The notes: generated from the letters alone by a model not told the origin. DNA of 40,000 nucleotides from Cellvibrio japonicus Ueda107 (GCF_000019225.1 NC_010995.1:3773957-3813956), one strand, 5' to 3'; shown: positions 1 to 9,692, counted from the stretch's first letter. Made by a program: numbers and translations.

Positions 1-1680
1 GCTGAAGTTGACACCCTGCTCGGTGAAGTTGGTGGTGCGGATGGCGTCGCGTCCCGGCTCTGTCAGGTAGGGCAGTACCGGCTGGGCGTCCAGTTGTCCG
101 CGCCAGCTTTCCGGCAGGCGGCCTTCATCGATACCGGCGATTTCGCGGAACAGGCTGTAGAGGTCGGTGGTGTTCACCATATGTTCCACGTCCCGGTCAG
201 GGTTGCTGACCACCGCGGGCGGGCCGGCCACGATCAGCGGCACCCAGACACCGGTCTGGTACAGCGAACCCTTGGCGCGCAGCGGGTCGAACGGCAGTTT
301 GACGGTGGGCATGTAGGTGCCGTTGTCACTGACGATGATAACCACGGTATTGCTGTCCGGGTTGTACTGGAGGCTGCCGTCTTCAAGCCGCTCGGCAATG
401 CCGGCGGTGACCAGCAGGCGGCCGATTTCGTGATCCATGGCTTCCAGCATATGCTGGGCCACTGCCCGCTGCTGGGTAAACTCGGCCAGGTCGAGCGATT
501 CCTGCGGCAGAATGCCCAGTTCGGTCAGGGCGCTGGCCACCGGGGTGCCGCAGCCCACCAGGCTGAGGGCGGCATCCGGGTGCGGCAGCAGGGCGGCCGG
601 CGGCGGTTGCAAGGGAGTGTGCAGGGCGGAATAGCCGAGGCTTACCATCCAGGGCCGGTCAGGGTGCTGCTCCCGGATGCGGGTGATGGTTGCAATGGCG
701 GCGTCAGTTTCCAGGATGGCACGGTAGCCGCGGGCGCGGGCATCGGAGGCGTGGACAGTCTGGTTGGTGCCATCGGCCAGGTTGATTTTCCATTCGCCCG
801 TGTAATGGCCGTTCTGGGTGTTGAAGTTCAGTGCGGCCCGGCGGGTATCGCTGTATTCGGTGGCACCGGGGTCGAGGATGCCGCCCAGTTCGAGGCAGGT
901 GCGGCCCGGTGTCGGGTAGTCTTCCGGGTCGTCCATCACCAAATGGGTGGACTCGCTGCCCTCGGGCAGGTAGCAGACACCGGTGTCAGCGCCCTGGTCG
1001 GGATCGATCAGGGTGGTGGGCACAAAGCCGCAATGGTAAGTGCCTGCCGGAGCCACACCGCCGGCAGTGGTGTCGATTGGATAGGGCGCGCCATCGAGGT
1101 AGCCGGCAAAATAATCCCAGCCCAGCTCGCGCATGGCCTCATCGCCCAGGGGATGGTTGTCCGGGTTCAGGTCGGAGCCGGTCAGGTGCATCTTGCCGAT
1201 CAGGGCGTTGACATAGTTCGCCTCTTCGCGCAGCAATTTCGGCGTTGTCAGGGTGTAGGGCGATACCTGCGAATTGGCCAGGTCGGCGGAGAGCACGGCA
1301 TTGCGCACCCCGCTGCGGAACGGATAACGCCCCTCGTAAAAGGTGGAGCGGGTGGGCGAGCAGGTGGGCATCGACCAGGTGTTGCGGAAGCGCACCCCGG
1401 CGCTGGCAATGGCGTCGATGCTGTCGGTCTGTGGCGGGATGGTTCCTCCATAGCCGAAGGCGGCAAGCTGGTCGACGCCGAGGTCGTCCATAACGATAAA
1501 CAGGATATTGGGCGGCACATCGGCTGTGCCCCCCGGTTCAGAACTGGAACTGGCACTGGAACTGCTGTCGAGGCTGGCACTGGCACTGCTGGCGCCGCCG
1601 CCGGAACCCGAGCTGGAGCCCAGGTTGCAGCCGCTGACGGCCAGCAGGCACAGGCAGGCCATTATCATACGAGTCTTCAT
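1..1680 (-). CDS. Cys-type sulfatase lipoprotein, paralog 1 (C-terminus runs off window start)
   Basis: Absent from the ORF track because it has no stop in the window. Reverse translation from the ATG at 1680 gives MKTRMIMACLCLLAVSGC (lipobox), a Ser/Gly linker, NILFIVMDDLGVDQ and the CSPTR formylglycine motif. The frame stays open to base 1. It aligns by eye with the neighbouring sulfatase. Confidence 0.85.
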   Translation of the reverse strand, partial: MKTRMIMACLCLLAVSGCNLGSSSGSGGGASSASASLDSSSSASSSSEPGGTADVPPNILFIVMDDLGVDQLAAFGYGGTIPPQTDSIDAIASAGVRFRNTWSMPTCSPTRSTFYEGRYPFRSGVRNAVLSADLANSQVSPYTLTTPKLLREEANYVNALIGKMHLTGSDLNPDNHPLGDEAMRELGWDYFAGYLDGAPYPIDTTAGGVAPAGTYHCGFVPTTLIDPDQGADTGVCYLPEGSESTHLVMDDPEDYPTPGRTCLELGGILDPGATEYSDTRRAALNFNTQNGHYTGEWKINLADGTNQTVHASDARARGYRAILETDAAIATITRIREQHPDRPWMVSLGYSALHTPLQPPPAALLPHPDAALSLVGCGTPVASALTELGILPQESLDLAEFTQQRAVAQHMLEAMDHEIGRLLVTAGIAERLEDGSLQYNPDSNTVVIIVSDNGTYMPTVKLPFDPLRAKGSLYQTGVWVPLIVAGPPAVVSNPDRDVEHMVNTTDLYSLFREIAGIDEGRLPESWRGQLDAQPVLPYLTEPGRDAIRTTNFTEQGVNFS

Positions 1681-1771
1681 GGTTGTTTCCCCTTATGTAA
1701 TGGGCGCCGCTGCAAGCGGCGGCACCCGTGAATATTGCAGCGCGCGGCGGGCAGGCCACCGGGCGCTTTCC

Positions 1772-4045
1772 TTAAGGCTGTGGCTGGCATTGATTGCCCC
1801 TATTGGCCTCGATCACGGCCCGGTCGGCCGCGTCGGTCAGGCCGTCGTAGTTGAAGTCATACCAGCTCGAATAGCCGCCACCCTGGTCAGGGTCGGCCCA
1901 GTAGGCCCATTGCTCCAGGTCAGTGCCGTCCACCATCCCATCGCGATTGCCATCACCCGGGCAGGCAGGCTGGGATGCCAGGATGGCATCCAGCCGGGCG
2001 CTGAGCGCCTGGTAGTGCTGCCGCTGGTGCAGGGGCAGGTCATCGGCAGCCTTATCGGCCAGCAGGTTGTTGTCGGCGGTATCCAGTGTCGGCAGCGGCA
2101 CCGCCTGGTCGATGGCATAAAATTCAACGGACTCGACTTCCACCCCGTTATCGGTCGCTGTGTCGTAGTCCTGGGTTCGATTGCGCACCAGCTTGTAATG
2201 GTCGTTGCGGATGGCCAGGTAGCTGGTCCAGCCCATCTCGCGGCGGTTCTGGGCGTAGGCATCCGGGTCGTGCCGGTAGATGGCCTGGTTCACCTGCCAG
2301 CAGTGCGCCAGGTCGCCGCTGCCATAGGCGGCGACCTGCGGGTCGTCGGCACCCATGCCCCACCAGGTGCCGCCGTTGTCCTCGCACACCGCCTTGTTCA
2401 CCGGGGTGTGCGAGCAGAGGTTGTTGATCACACAGGGGCCGTTGCGCCCCTGGTCGAGCTGGATATTCAGGCCGCCCTGGGCAAAGTTGTACGCGCGCAG
2501 GCTGGATTGAACCGGGTTTTGCAGATAGGGCAGCATGGCCATCCCGTCGATACCCTGGGGCGCCAGGGTGTCCACCGCCAGCCCGGCGATTTCGCCGAAC
2601 AGGTGAAAGACATCGGCGGTGTTAACCATATGCTCCACATCGCGGTCCGGCGCCCCCACCAGGGGGCCGGCGACGATCAGCGGCACCCAGATGCCGGTCT
2701 GGTAGGCCGTGCCCTTGGCGCGGGTGAGGTCGAAGGGGACTTTGGCCGTGGCGCCGAAGGAGCCGTTATCACCAACGATCACCACCATGGTGTTGCTGTC
2801 CGGCTGGTAGGCCAGCCTGCCCTCGCCATCGCGCACCGCGATACCGGTTTCCACCAACAGGCGGCCCAGTTCCTCGTCCATGGCCTCCACCAGCGCGTCG
2901 GTCAGCAGGCGCTGGTTGACCAGGGTGTCAGTGGCCATGCGGCAATCGGCTTTCATGCCTTGCGTGTTGTTCGAGGGCAGCAGTGCGCTTGGCGGTGTTT
3001 GCAGCGGCGTATGGGCGGCGCTGAAACTGACAGTGGCCATCCAGGGTTTGCTGCCGTCGCGGCTGTTGATCCAGTCGCGGGCGGCAGCGGCCTCGATGGT
3101 GGAGCGATAGCCGCGCCCGCGCGGATCGGCGAGCGGCACTTCCTCAATACCATCCGGGCGATTGATCACCAGCGGCGAGACGTAATGGGCGTTTTCCCGC
3201 GCGAAGTCGAGGGTATCGGGCGGGGTCGGCGCACAGGCCGCATTGGGTACCAGGATGCCGCCGCGAATCAGGCATTGCAGCCCGGCGGCATCGCCTTCGG
3301 GGTCACTGGTCAGCTCTGCGCAGGTGAAATTGTCCGGGCTGTGCGGGATATAGCAGGCGCCCTGGTCGGCCCCGGCTTCCCCGTCATCGGCCAGCGCCGG
3401 CACATAACCGCAGGAATAGGTGTCCGCCGGGGCGATACCCCCGGCGGTGGTGTCGATGGAAGCCGGCAGGCCGCCGGTCCACCCATAGAAATAATCCCAG
3501 CCCAGTTCCCGCGGCGTGCCATTGCCGGCGGCGTTGTAGTCCGGCCCCGCCAGGTGGAATTTGCCGAACATGGCGCTTTCGTAACCGGCTCCCTTCAGCA
3601 GCTTGGGCGCCGTGAGGTCGTAGCGGGAAAGCTGGGAGTTGGCCAGGTCATTGGGGCCGATGGCCTGGTAGATGTTGGTGCGCAGGGGATAGCGCCCGGC
3701 CAGCAGCGCGGCGCGCCCCGGCGAGCATTCGGGCATGGACCAGGTGTTGCGGAAACGGATGCCGGCACCGGCGATGGCGTCGATGGTCGGCATGCTCGGC
3801 GGATGCAGGCCGCCATAACCCATGGAAGGCATTTGATCCACGCCCACGTCATCCATGATGACAAACAGGATATTGGGCGGCGACGCCGGTTCGCTCGACC
3901 CGGTGCTGCTCGATTCAACATGGCTCGAAGCGCTGGATGCGGAAGCGGCACTTGCGCTGGAACCGGCGCCGGAACTCGAACCGGAGTGGCAGCCGCTGAT
4001 GGCAAGCAGGCACAGGCTGGCCAGCAGTAGTGTGCGAATGTCCAT
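1772..4045 (-). CDS. Cys-type sulfatase lipoprotein, paralog 2, with C-terminal dockerin/EF-hand-like repeats
   Basis: The track ORF 1772..4051 begins at TTG. The ATG at 4045 gives MDIRTLLLASLCLLAISGC (lipobox). It has a Ser-rich linker, NILFVIMDDVGVDQ and the CSPGR motif. The C-terminus has two DxNxDGxxDxxD repeats (DGNRDGMVDGTD, DFNYDGLTDAAD). Confidence 0.85.
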   Translation of the reverse strand: MDIRTLLLASLCLLAISGCHSGSSSGAGSSASAASASSASSHVESSSTGSSEPASPPNILFVIMDDVGVDQMPSMGYGGLHPPSMPTIDAIAGAGIRFRNTWSMPECSPGRAALLAGRYPLRTNIYQAIGPNDLANSQLSRYDLTAPKLLKGAGYESAMFGKFHLAGPDYNAAGNGTPRELGWDYFYGWTGGLPASIDTTAGGIAPADTYSCGYVPALADDGEAGADQGACYIPHSPDNFTCAELTSDPEGDAAGLQCLIRGGILVPNAACAPTPPDTLDFARENAHYVSPLVINRPDGIEEVPLADPRGRGYRSTIEAAAARDWINSRDGSKPWMATVSFSAAHTPLQTPPSALLPSNNTQGMKADCRMATDTLVNQRLLTDALVEAMDEELGRLLVETGIAVRDGEGRLAYQPDSNTMVVIVGDNGSFGATAKVPFDLTRAKGTAYQTGIWVPLIVAGPLVGAPDRDVEHMVNTADVFHLFGEIAGLAVDTLAPQGIDGMAMLPYLQNPVQSSLRAYNFAQGGLNIQLDQGRNGPCVINNLCSHTPVNKAVCEDNGGTWWGMGADDPQVAAYGSGDLAHCWQVNQAIYRHDPDAYAQNRREMGWTSYLAIRNDHYKLVRNRTQDYDTATDNGVEVESVEFYAIDQAVPLPTLDTADNNLLADKAADDLPLHQRQHYQALSARLDAILASQPACPGDGNRDGMVDGTDLEQWAYWADPDQGGGYSSWYDFNYDGLTDAADRAVIEANRGNQCQPQP

Positions 4046-4047
4046 GG

Positions 4048-6324
4048 TCAATTCCCCTGTCTTGGGTGCTGGGCCAGCACCGGGTCTTGTGGGTTCTGTT
4101 GTTTCAATTCACTGAGCAGGGCGTCCCGCTCGCTGCCCGGCGGCAGGTAGCCGAGCAAGGCCAAGCGCAATGGCCGGCGGGCGGGCCGCCGCTGCAACTG
4201 CTCGCGCAGCAATTGCAGTGCCTGTTCGCGTTTGCCGGTGTCGTGCCAGGCTACCGCCAGCACATAGGCGTAGGTGTCGTTGTCCGGCTCCAAGGTATGC
4301 GCCTGTTCAAGTGCGTGCACCCCGGTGCCGACCTGGCGCGCGCGGATATGCGCCAGGCCCAGGGCGTGGTGCAGGCCGGCATCGCCGGGATAGGCGCGCA
4401 GGCTGTCTTCCAGCAACCGGCGGGCAGCGGCGGGATCGCCGTGCTGTTCGCGCCATTGGGCCAGCGATACCACGGCCGGCGCAAAGGCCGGGTCGCGTTG
4501 CAGCGCGGTTTGCAGGGCCGCCTCCACCTGCCCGGCCCGGCCAGTCAGCCGGTAGAGGTTGGCCAGGTTGAAATGGGCCTCGGCATTGGCCGGCAACTGC
4601 GCCTGTACCTGTTCGTATTCGCCAAAGGATTCGGGCGGCAGGCTCGCGCCGTACTGGTCGGCCAGCATCAGCCAGTGCCCGGCGGCGGTGATGCGCACGG
4701 CGCGGAACGGGTCATTGATCAACTCCGCCAGCCGGGCCTCAAGCAGGCCGGGGTCCAGCGCCGCACTGGCCTCGATAGCCGCGCGCCGCACCGCCGCATC
4801 CGCGTGCCCGAGCGCCGCCTGCAACAGGCGCTGCGCCCCCGCCGAGGGATAGGCCGGCAATTCTGCGATCAGCGCGGCACGGCGCAGGGCCGGCAGGTCG
4901 CTCCGGGCAAGCTGTTCAGACAGGGCGGCAGCGGCGCCGGCCTGCCCCTGGCGGGCCTTGAACAGGGCCTGGGCGTAGCCGCCATCGCGGGGCCGGTGGT
5001 CGGGATACCATTGCTGGAACTGCGTCACCAGGGCCTCGGCGGGCCGGTCGGTATGGCAGCCCAGGCAGGCATCGCTGTGCCCCAGGGCCAATGCCTGGGC
5101 CGGGTCCGGCGAGCTGAAACTGTGGTCATGGCGCAGGTCGTTGCCCATATAGACCTTGCCGGGCATATGGCAGGCGCGGCACTCGGCCCCGGGCGAACCG
5201 GGCGCATGGTGGTGATGGGCCGGGCTGTCGTAGTTCGCCGCCCGCAGGTTATCGCTGCGAATGGCCGGGCGCACCGCAACCCCCGCCGGGTTGTGGCACT
5301 GGGTGCACACGGCATTGCCGCTCAGGCGCAACTGGCCGCTGTGGGCATTGTGGCAGTCGCTGCACACCACCCCGGCCTGGTGCATACGGCTTTGCAGGAA
5401 GGAGCCGTATTCAAACACCTCGTCCTTGATCTTGCCGTCCACCTCATAGAGTTCCGCGCCCAGCAGGCTGACCAGGTAAGCATCCTCAAGCCGGTTCCAG
5501 CGCGCGGGATCGCCCAGCGGCGTGCGGCGGCTGTGGCAGCGGCCGCAGGTTTCTATCTGCTGCGCTCCCGCATCCACGCCCAGGGCGTAGGCAAAGCCCT
5601 TGTTTGGGCTGCTGTCCGGGGCCGCTGTCCAGCGCAGGTGGTCGGAAGCCGGGCCATGGCAGCCCTGGCAGCCAACCCCCAGGGCGTGCCACTGGCTGTC
5701 GAAACCGCCGGATGCCGCGTCGTAACCGGGCTGGAAGCCGGTGGTATGGCACTCGATACACTGGGTATTGGCGTTCTGCGCCGGCTTGCTCCAGTGCAGG
5801 GCATGATGGGCGTCCACACCCTGGCCCTCGTAGAGATGGAACCAGCGCTGCTGTTCGCTATCCCAGGCGACACCCAGGGCCTGCAAGCGCCCGTCATCCA
5901 GCGCCAGCAGGTATTGCTGCAAGGGCGCCCAGCCAAAGGTATAGGCCACACGAAATTCATTGGGCGTGCCGGTGGCATCGGGGGTGCGCACCCGGAATTC
6001 ATCGCCCTGGCGAAAAAAGACCGTGGTTTCGCGGTCGCTGGTCAAAGTGATGTTGTTGAAGTCGCCGAGCACGGTATCGGCCGTCGGGGCCAGCATGGCC
6101 AACTGGTGGTGCGAACCGAGCCAGTCTGCGAACTGGCGCGCATGGCATTGCCGGCAAGGGCTTTCGTCCACCAGCTGCAGAGCCGCGCTTTCCCGTGCGG
6201 GGGGCGGGGCCGTTACCGGGGCAGCCCCCCCGGCATCGCGCTCGCCAGGCGCAAACCACCACATCCCTACCAGCACAATAGCGGCCAACAAGGCACCGAG
6301 GAGGATAAGAAGACGCCAGTGCAT
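4048..6324 (-). CDS. Octaheme c-type cytochrome (cytochrome c554-like multiheme domain) fused to C-terminal TPR repeats
   Basis: N-terminal membrane/signal anchor. Eight CxxCH motifs: CRQCH, CIECH, CQGCH, CGRCH, CSDCH, CTQCH, CRACH, CLGCH. The C-terminal half is Ala/Leu-rich and TPR-like. Its TGA stop lies 2 nt before the sulfatase ATG (TGACCATG). Confidence 0.85.
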   Translation of the reverse strand: MHWRLLILLGALLAAIVLVGMWWFAPGERDAGGAAPVTAPPPARESAALQLVDESPCRQCHARQFADWLGSHHQLAMLAPTADTVLGDFNNITLTSDRETTVFFRQGDEFRVRTPDATGTPNEFRVAYTFGWAPLQQYLLALDDGRLQALGVAWDSEQQRWFHLYEGQGVDAHHALHWSKPAQNANTQCIECHTTGFQPGYDAASGGFDSQWHALGVGCQGCHGPASDHLRWTAAPDSSPNKGFAYALGVDAGAQQIETCGRCHSRRTPLGDPARWNRLEDAYLVSLLGAELYEVDGKIKDEVFEYGSFLQSRMHQAGVVCSDCHNAHSGQLRLSGNAVCTQCHNPAGVAVRPAIRSDNLRAANYDSPAHHHHAPGSPGAECRACHMPGKVYMGNDLRHDHSFSSPDPAQALALGHSDACLGCHTDRPAEALVTQFQQWYPDHRPRDGGYAQALFKARQGQAGAAAALSEQLARSDLPALRRAALIAELPAYPSAGAQRLLQAALGHADAAVRRAAIEASAALDPGLLEARLAELINDPFRAVRITAAGHWLMLADQYGASLPPESFGEYEQVQAQLPANAEAHFNLANLYRLTGRAGQVEAALQTALQRDPAFAPAVVSLAQWREQHGDPAAARRLLEDSLRAYPGDAGLHHALGLAHIRARQVGTGVHALEQAHTLEPDNDTYAYVLAVAWHDTGKREQALQLLREQLQRRPARRPLRLALLGYLPPGSERDALLSELKQQNPQDPVLAQHPRQGN

Positions 6325-6478
6325 AGTGTTATGTCAGCCCCGTGCTACGCGGTTCGGAATGCCTGGACAGGGGGCAGCCCCGCCCCTGTCAGGAAACGTT
6401 GCCTGCAATCCAGATAGATATAGTTATTGGTATTAGCCAGTCAGCGATAACCCATTATCGCGGCCCGGGCGCAGCACA

Positions 6479-6502
6479 GGCATACCATATTCATGGTATG
6501 CC
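6479..6502 (-). terminator. Perfect 10-bp hairpin just downstream of the histidine kinase stop (possible terminator, no U-tract)
   Basis: GGCATACCAT-ATTC-ATGGTATGCC sits 10 nt after the HK stop. A second hairpin, GCGATAA..TTATCGC, lies at about 6443..6461. Neither has a clear T-run. Confidence 0.3.
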
Positions 6503-6512
6503 TGGGTCGGCC

Positions 6513-8309
6513 CTAGCCCGGCGTGGATTCCGGCAATTGCAGGGGCAGCCTCAGGGTCAGGCGGGTGCCGCTTGCCAGCGGTTCGATCTCAATGCTGCCA
6601 TTGAGCTGGCGGATGCGGCGGCGCATATTGTTCAGGCCGTTGCCGGCGCGATCCGGCTGGCGCGGGAAGGGAATGCCATCGTTTTCCACCTGGATACAGG
6701 CATTGCCCTCGTCATCCTGCCCACCCTGCACGCGGATATGGGTGGCCCGGCCATGCTTGAGGGCGTTGGTGACGGCCTCCTGCACAATGCGCAGCACGTT
6801 CAGGGCATGGGAGGGGGTGACCCCGGCGATTTCCGGCAGGCGCGCCATCGACCAGTGCAGGGACACGCCCATACGCCGGAGCTGCCGCTCCAGCCGCTCG
6901 CGCAGGCCGGCCAGGGCGGCAGGGAACTCCCGGTCGCGGATATCCAGCGAGTGGATCACCAGGCGCAGATCGTCCAGCGCCTCGCGCGCGGCGCGCTCCA
7001 CCTGCACGGAGTTTTCCCGTTCGGACAGGGCGATAATCGACGCCAGGTGGCCGGAGAGGCCATCGTGCAGATCGGCGGTGAGGCGCTGGCGCTCATCGTT
7101 AAGCGTCCGCCAGGCGGCCTCCCGGCGCTCCTCCTGGTGCAGGCGTGCCAGCTCCCGCTCCTGCTCCGTCAACCGCTGGGTCAGGTAGGCATTAACGTCA
7201 TCGAGCCGGTTCAGGCTGATACCCAGGCGGCGCATCAGGATCATGGCGATGCCGATCATCAGCGCCGGGCGATAGTACACAGACAGCAACACCGGGCCAT
7301 CCAGCCGGGCGGTGACCACCGCATAGTCATGCACCGCCGACAACAGCGCCAGCAGCAGGGGAAACAGCAGCAGCCAGGCTTCGCCGATGCGCTTGATCAA
7401 AGCCGCCCAGCCGATGATCACCAGGCTGACCAGCAGCCCGGCCATATTCAGCGGGGCATTCACAAACATCACCAGCCCCGAGGTGGGCAGGATATCCGCA
7501 AGCCCCAGCAGGACACAGCCCGCGGGCACACCCGCCGCCGCCAGCTTCAGCCAGCGCGGCGGCGCTATGCCGGCCACCAGCAGCACGGTAATCACCAGGA
7601 TAATGCTGGCCATGGAGCCAAGCATATACAGGTAGGGCATCAGCTCGGCCAGGAACGGCAGCAGGTTGCGCATCATGCCCAGGTAAATAAACATGGAAGT
7701 CACCAGCAGCAGGGTCAGCCAGCCGAACAGCGCCTCCTGGGGCCGGTACAGCCAGAGCACCAGCACCACCAGGGCCAGCAGCAACTGGCCGGCGGGCACC
7801 ACCAGGCGCAGGTATTCCAGCAGGAACACCCGGCTGCGGTAATAGGGCACCAGTTCGTCGGCGCTGCCGATGTAAAGGGGGGAAAGGTAGCCCGGCACCA
7901 GGCTCATGGATTGCAGGTGAATATCGATAACATTGTCGCCCGCCTGCAACAGCCAGGCTGGCAGCGGCACCAGCGCCGTGGTGCCCGACGCCAGCCCGAT
8001 CATGGTGGTGCGCAGCTCGGTATCGGCGATCTGCTGGCCGGCCAGCTCAACCACCACCCGCTGGCTGACGGTCGGGATAAACAGGTAGCGCGCGCCGGCC
8101 TCGTCCAGCGGAAGCGTTGCGCGGTAATGCTCCCAGCGACTGGCGGGCCGGCGCGCCTGTGGCAGTGCAACTGGTTGCCAGGCGCCATTCTCCAGGCGCT
8201 GGGCTTGCGCAATCGCCAGCACACCCGGTTCCGGCGGCTTCAGCCACAGGGGGACACTGGCCAGTGCCGCCAGCACACCCCACAGCAGCCCCAACCCCAG
8301 TGTGCGCAT
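6513..8309 (-). CDS. Sensor histidine kinase, HisKA_3/NarX-type, with periplasmic domain plus about 7 TM segments (7TMR-DISM-like)
   Basis: H-box ADLHDGLSGHLASI and an HATPase region (NALKHG ... GNGLNNMRRR). The likely start is MRTLGLGLLWGVL at 8309, overlapping the regulator stop as TGATG. The track ORF extends to 8432 inside the upstream gene. Confidence 0.85.
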   Translation of the reverse strand: MRTLGLGLLWGVLAALASVPLWLKPPEPGVLAIAQAQRLENGAWQPVALPQARRPASRWEHYRATLPLDEAGARYLFIPTVSQRVVVELAGQQIADTELRTTMIGLASGTTALVPLPAWLLQAGDNVIDIHLQSMSLVPGYLSPLYIGSADELVPYYRSRVFLLEYLRLVVPAGQLLLALVVLVLWLYRPQEALFGWLTLLLVTSMFIYLGMMRNLLPFLAELMPYLYMLGSMASIILVITVLLVAGIAPPRWLKLAAAGVPAGCVLLGLADILPTSGLVMFVNAPLNMAGLLVSLVIIGWAALIKRIGEAWLLLFPLLLALLSAVHDYAVVTARLDGPVLLSVYYRPALMIGIAMILMRRLGISLNRLDDVNAYLTQRLTEQERELARLHQEERREAAWRTLNDERQRLTADLHDGLSGHLASIIALSERENSVQVERAAREALDDLRLVIHSLDIRDREFPAALAGLRERLERQLRRMGVSLHWSMARLPEIAGVTPSHALNVLRIVQEAVTNALKHGRATHIRVQGGQDDEGNACIQVENDGIPFPRQPDRAGNGLNNMRRRIRQLNGSIEIEPLASGTRLTLRLPLQLPESTPG

Positions 8310-8986
8310 CACAGTTTTATCAGCCCCCTCTTCGAGGCTTCGTAAACGGCCTCCGAACGGTTGTTGGCCGCCAGCTTGCGGTAAATATTCTTGATATGCA
8401 CGGGCACCGTGTGGCGGGAAATACCGAGCCATTCCGCCAGTTCGGTATAGGTAAAGCCCTTGGCGATACCGCGCAAAATCTCCGTCTCCCGGGGTGTCAG
8501 CTCCGGGGTTGGTGTGGCTGGCGTGGAGCCCCCCATGCGCCGCACCAGGATGCGGGCGATGGAAGAGGAAATCGGCGAGCGCCCGGCGCGCAACTCCTGG
8601 ATCGCCTCCACCAGCTCCAGGGAATCGGCATCTTTAAGCAGATAACCCACGGCACCGGCCTCGATGGCCCCCAGCACCGTCTCGTCATCGGCCAAGGCCG
8701 AAATCACCATGGCATCCGCCTCGGGATACAGGCGGCGCAATAACTGGATAGCCTCAATGCCGTGGCCATCGGGCAGGTTCAGATCCGCCATCAGCAAATC
8801 CACCGGCTGGCGGTGCAGCCTATCCAGCGCCTCGCTCAGGGTAGCGCAGGCGGCCACCAGCTCGCCGCCGGGCCAGTCACCCAGAATGCGGGCAAAGCGC
8901 TCGCGCAGGGGCGTGTCGTCCTCCAGCAGGAGCACCCGCACAGGCGGCGCGGGTTGTCCGCCGCTGTCATCAGTCGTATTAGTCAT
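8309..8986 (-). CDS. NarL/LuxR-family response regulator (REC + LuxR HTH)
   Basis: VRVLLLEDD ... DLLMADLNLPDG receiver motifs. C-terminal LTPRETEILRGIAKGFTYTELAEWLGISRHTVPVHIKNIYRKL. Confidence 0.9.
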   Translation of the reverse strand: MTNTTDDSGGQPAPPVRVLLLEDDTPLRERFARILGDWPGGELVAACATLSEALDRLHRQPVDLLMADLNLPDGHGIEAIQLLRRLYPEADAMVISALADDETVLGAIEAGAVGYLLKDADSLELVEAIQELRAGRSPISSSIARILVRRMGGSTPATPTPELTPRETEILRGIAKGFTYTELAEWLGISRHTVPVHIKNIYRKLAANNRSEAVYEASKRGLIKL

Positions 8987-9042
8987 GGAACAAGTAAGCC
9001 TTTTGGTACAGACCTATCATGGCAGCGCCCGGCGGCGGCCAA

Positions 9043-9091
9043 TATACCCTGTTTATGGTATAGGCGCGTTCGTGTGATTAGGCCATATACC
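9043..9091. promoter_or_regulatory. Repeated TATACC motifs upstream of the two-component operon (candidate operator)
   Basis: ATATACC (9042..9048), inverted GGTATA (9057..9062) and a third ATATACC (9085..9091). The first two form TATACC-N8-GGTATA. Confidence 0.3.
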
Positions 9092-9146
9092 AGCCATGTC
9101 ATCTACAAGCGTCGTCATCAGCTTGCGACAACACCGGCTATCCGCA

Positions 9147-9644
9147 TTACTGGTTGGGCCTGTGGCCATAACTGAGCACCCGGGTAATCTGCCAGCCCGC
9201 ATTGAGATTGCCCCACACCATCACAAAATCCGCCACACCCTCGCACTCCCCGGTGGAAAATTGGCAAAAACGATGTGAGCCCTGGGCAATAGCACCATAA
9301 TCCTTGATGGGAAAAACCTTAAACGTCTCGGGAATCAGTTCGCGGCGAAATTTCCCACACACATATTTTTCCGTGTTGGCAATCATATCCTGCCGCGACC
9401 AGGTTACACCGCCCGTATCATGATAAAACTCCACATCCGCCGCAAAATAGCTGGCATGCTTTTTAAGTTGTTCCGGCGAACTGCAATGGTTAAACGTATC
9501 GAATACCGCCGCATCCAACGCGGCAATGGTGTCAAACAAGGTTGGCAGTTCGCTTTGTTCATTCGACTGATTATTGGGAGCGCTGAATGTATCCAGAGAG
9601 GTGATAACAAATAACACAGCAGCCAAAGGTATGAATTTTTTCAT
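9147..9644 (-). CDS. Secreted NTF2-like (SnoaL/DUF4440-like) protein, distal cassette
   Basis: Start MKKFIPLAAVLFVITSLDTFSA (signal peptide). The C-terminus FVMVWGNLNAGWQITRVLSYGH is typical of NTF2-fold proteins. The track ORF starts 24 nt upstream. Confidence 0.6.
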   Translation of the reverse strand: MKKFIPLAAVLFVITSLDTFSAPNNQSNEQSELPTLFDTIAALDAAVFDTFNHCSSPEQLKKHASYFAADVEFYHDTGGVTWSRQDMIANTEKYVCGKFRRELIPETFKVFPIKDYGAIAQGSHRFCQFSTGECEGVADFVMVWGNLNAGWQITRVLSYGHRPNQ

Positions 9645-9692
9645 GCACACATCTCCGGGCAAAAACATGGTTTTACTGCATCAAAAGGAGTA

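Noticed and set aside
6364-6392. GC-rich hairpin GACAGGGG...CCCCTGTC between the kinase and cytochrome genes, as a possible terminator or REP element.
   Set aside because: It is a single copy in the window with no U-tract, so no function can be assigned.
94-8345. Very long plus-strand ORFs (94..1731, 1508..4030, 4030..6417, 6342..8345) and many nested 60-150-aa ORFs.
   Set aside because: They are antisense shadows of the minus-strand sulfatase, cytochrome and kinase genes in GC-rich DNA. Their translations are low-complexity and rich in G, R, A, Q and H, with no motifs. The minus-strand frames carry clear catalytic motifs.
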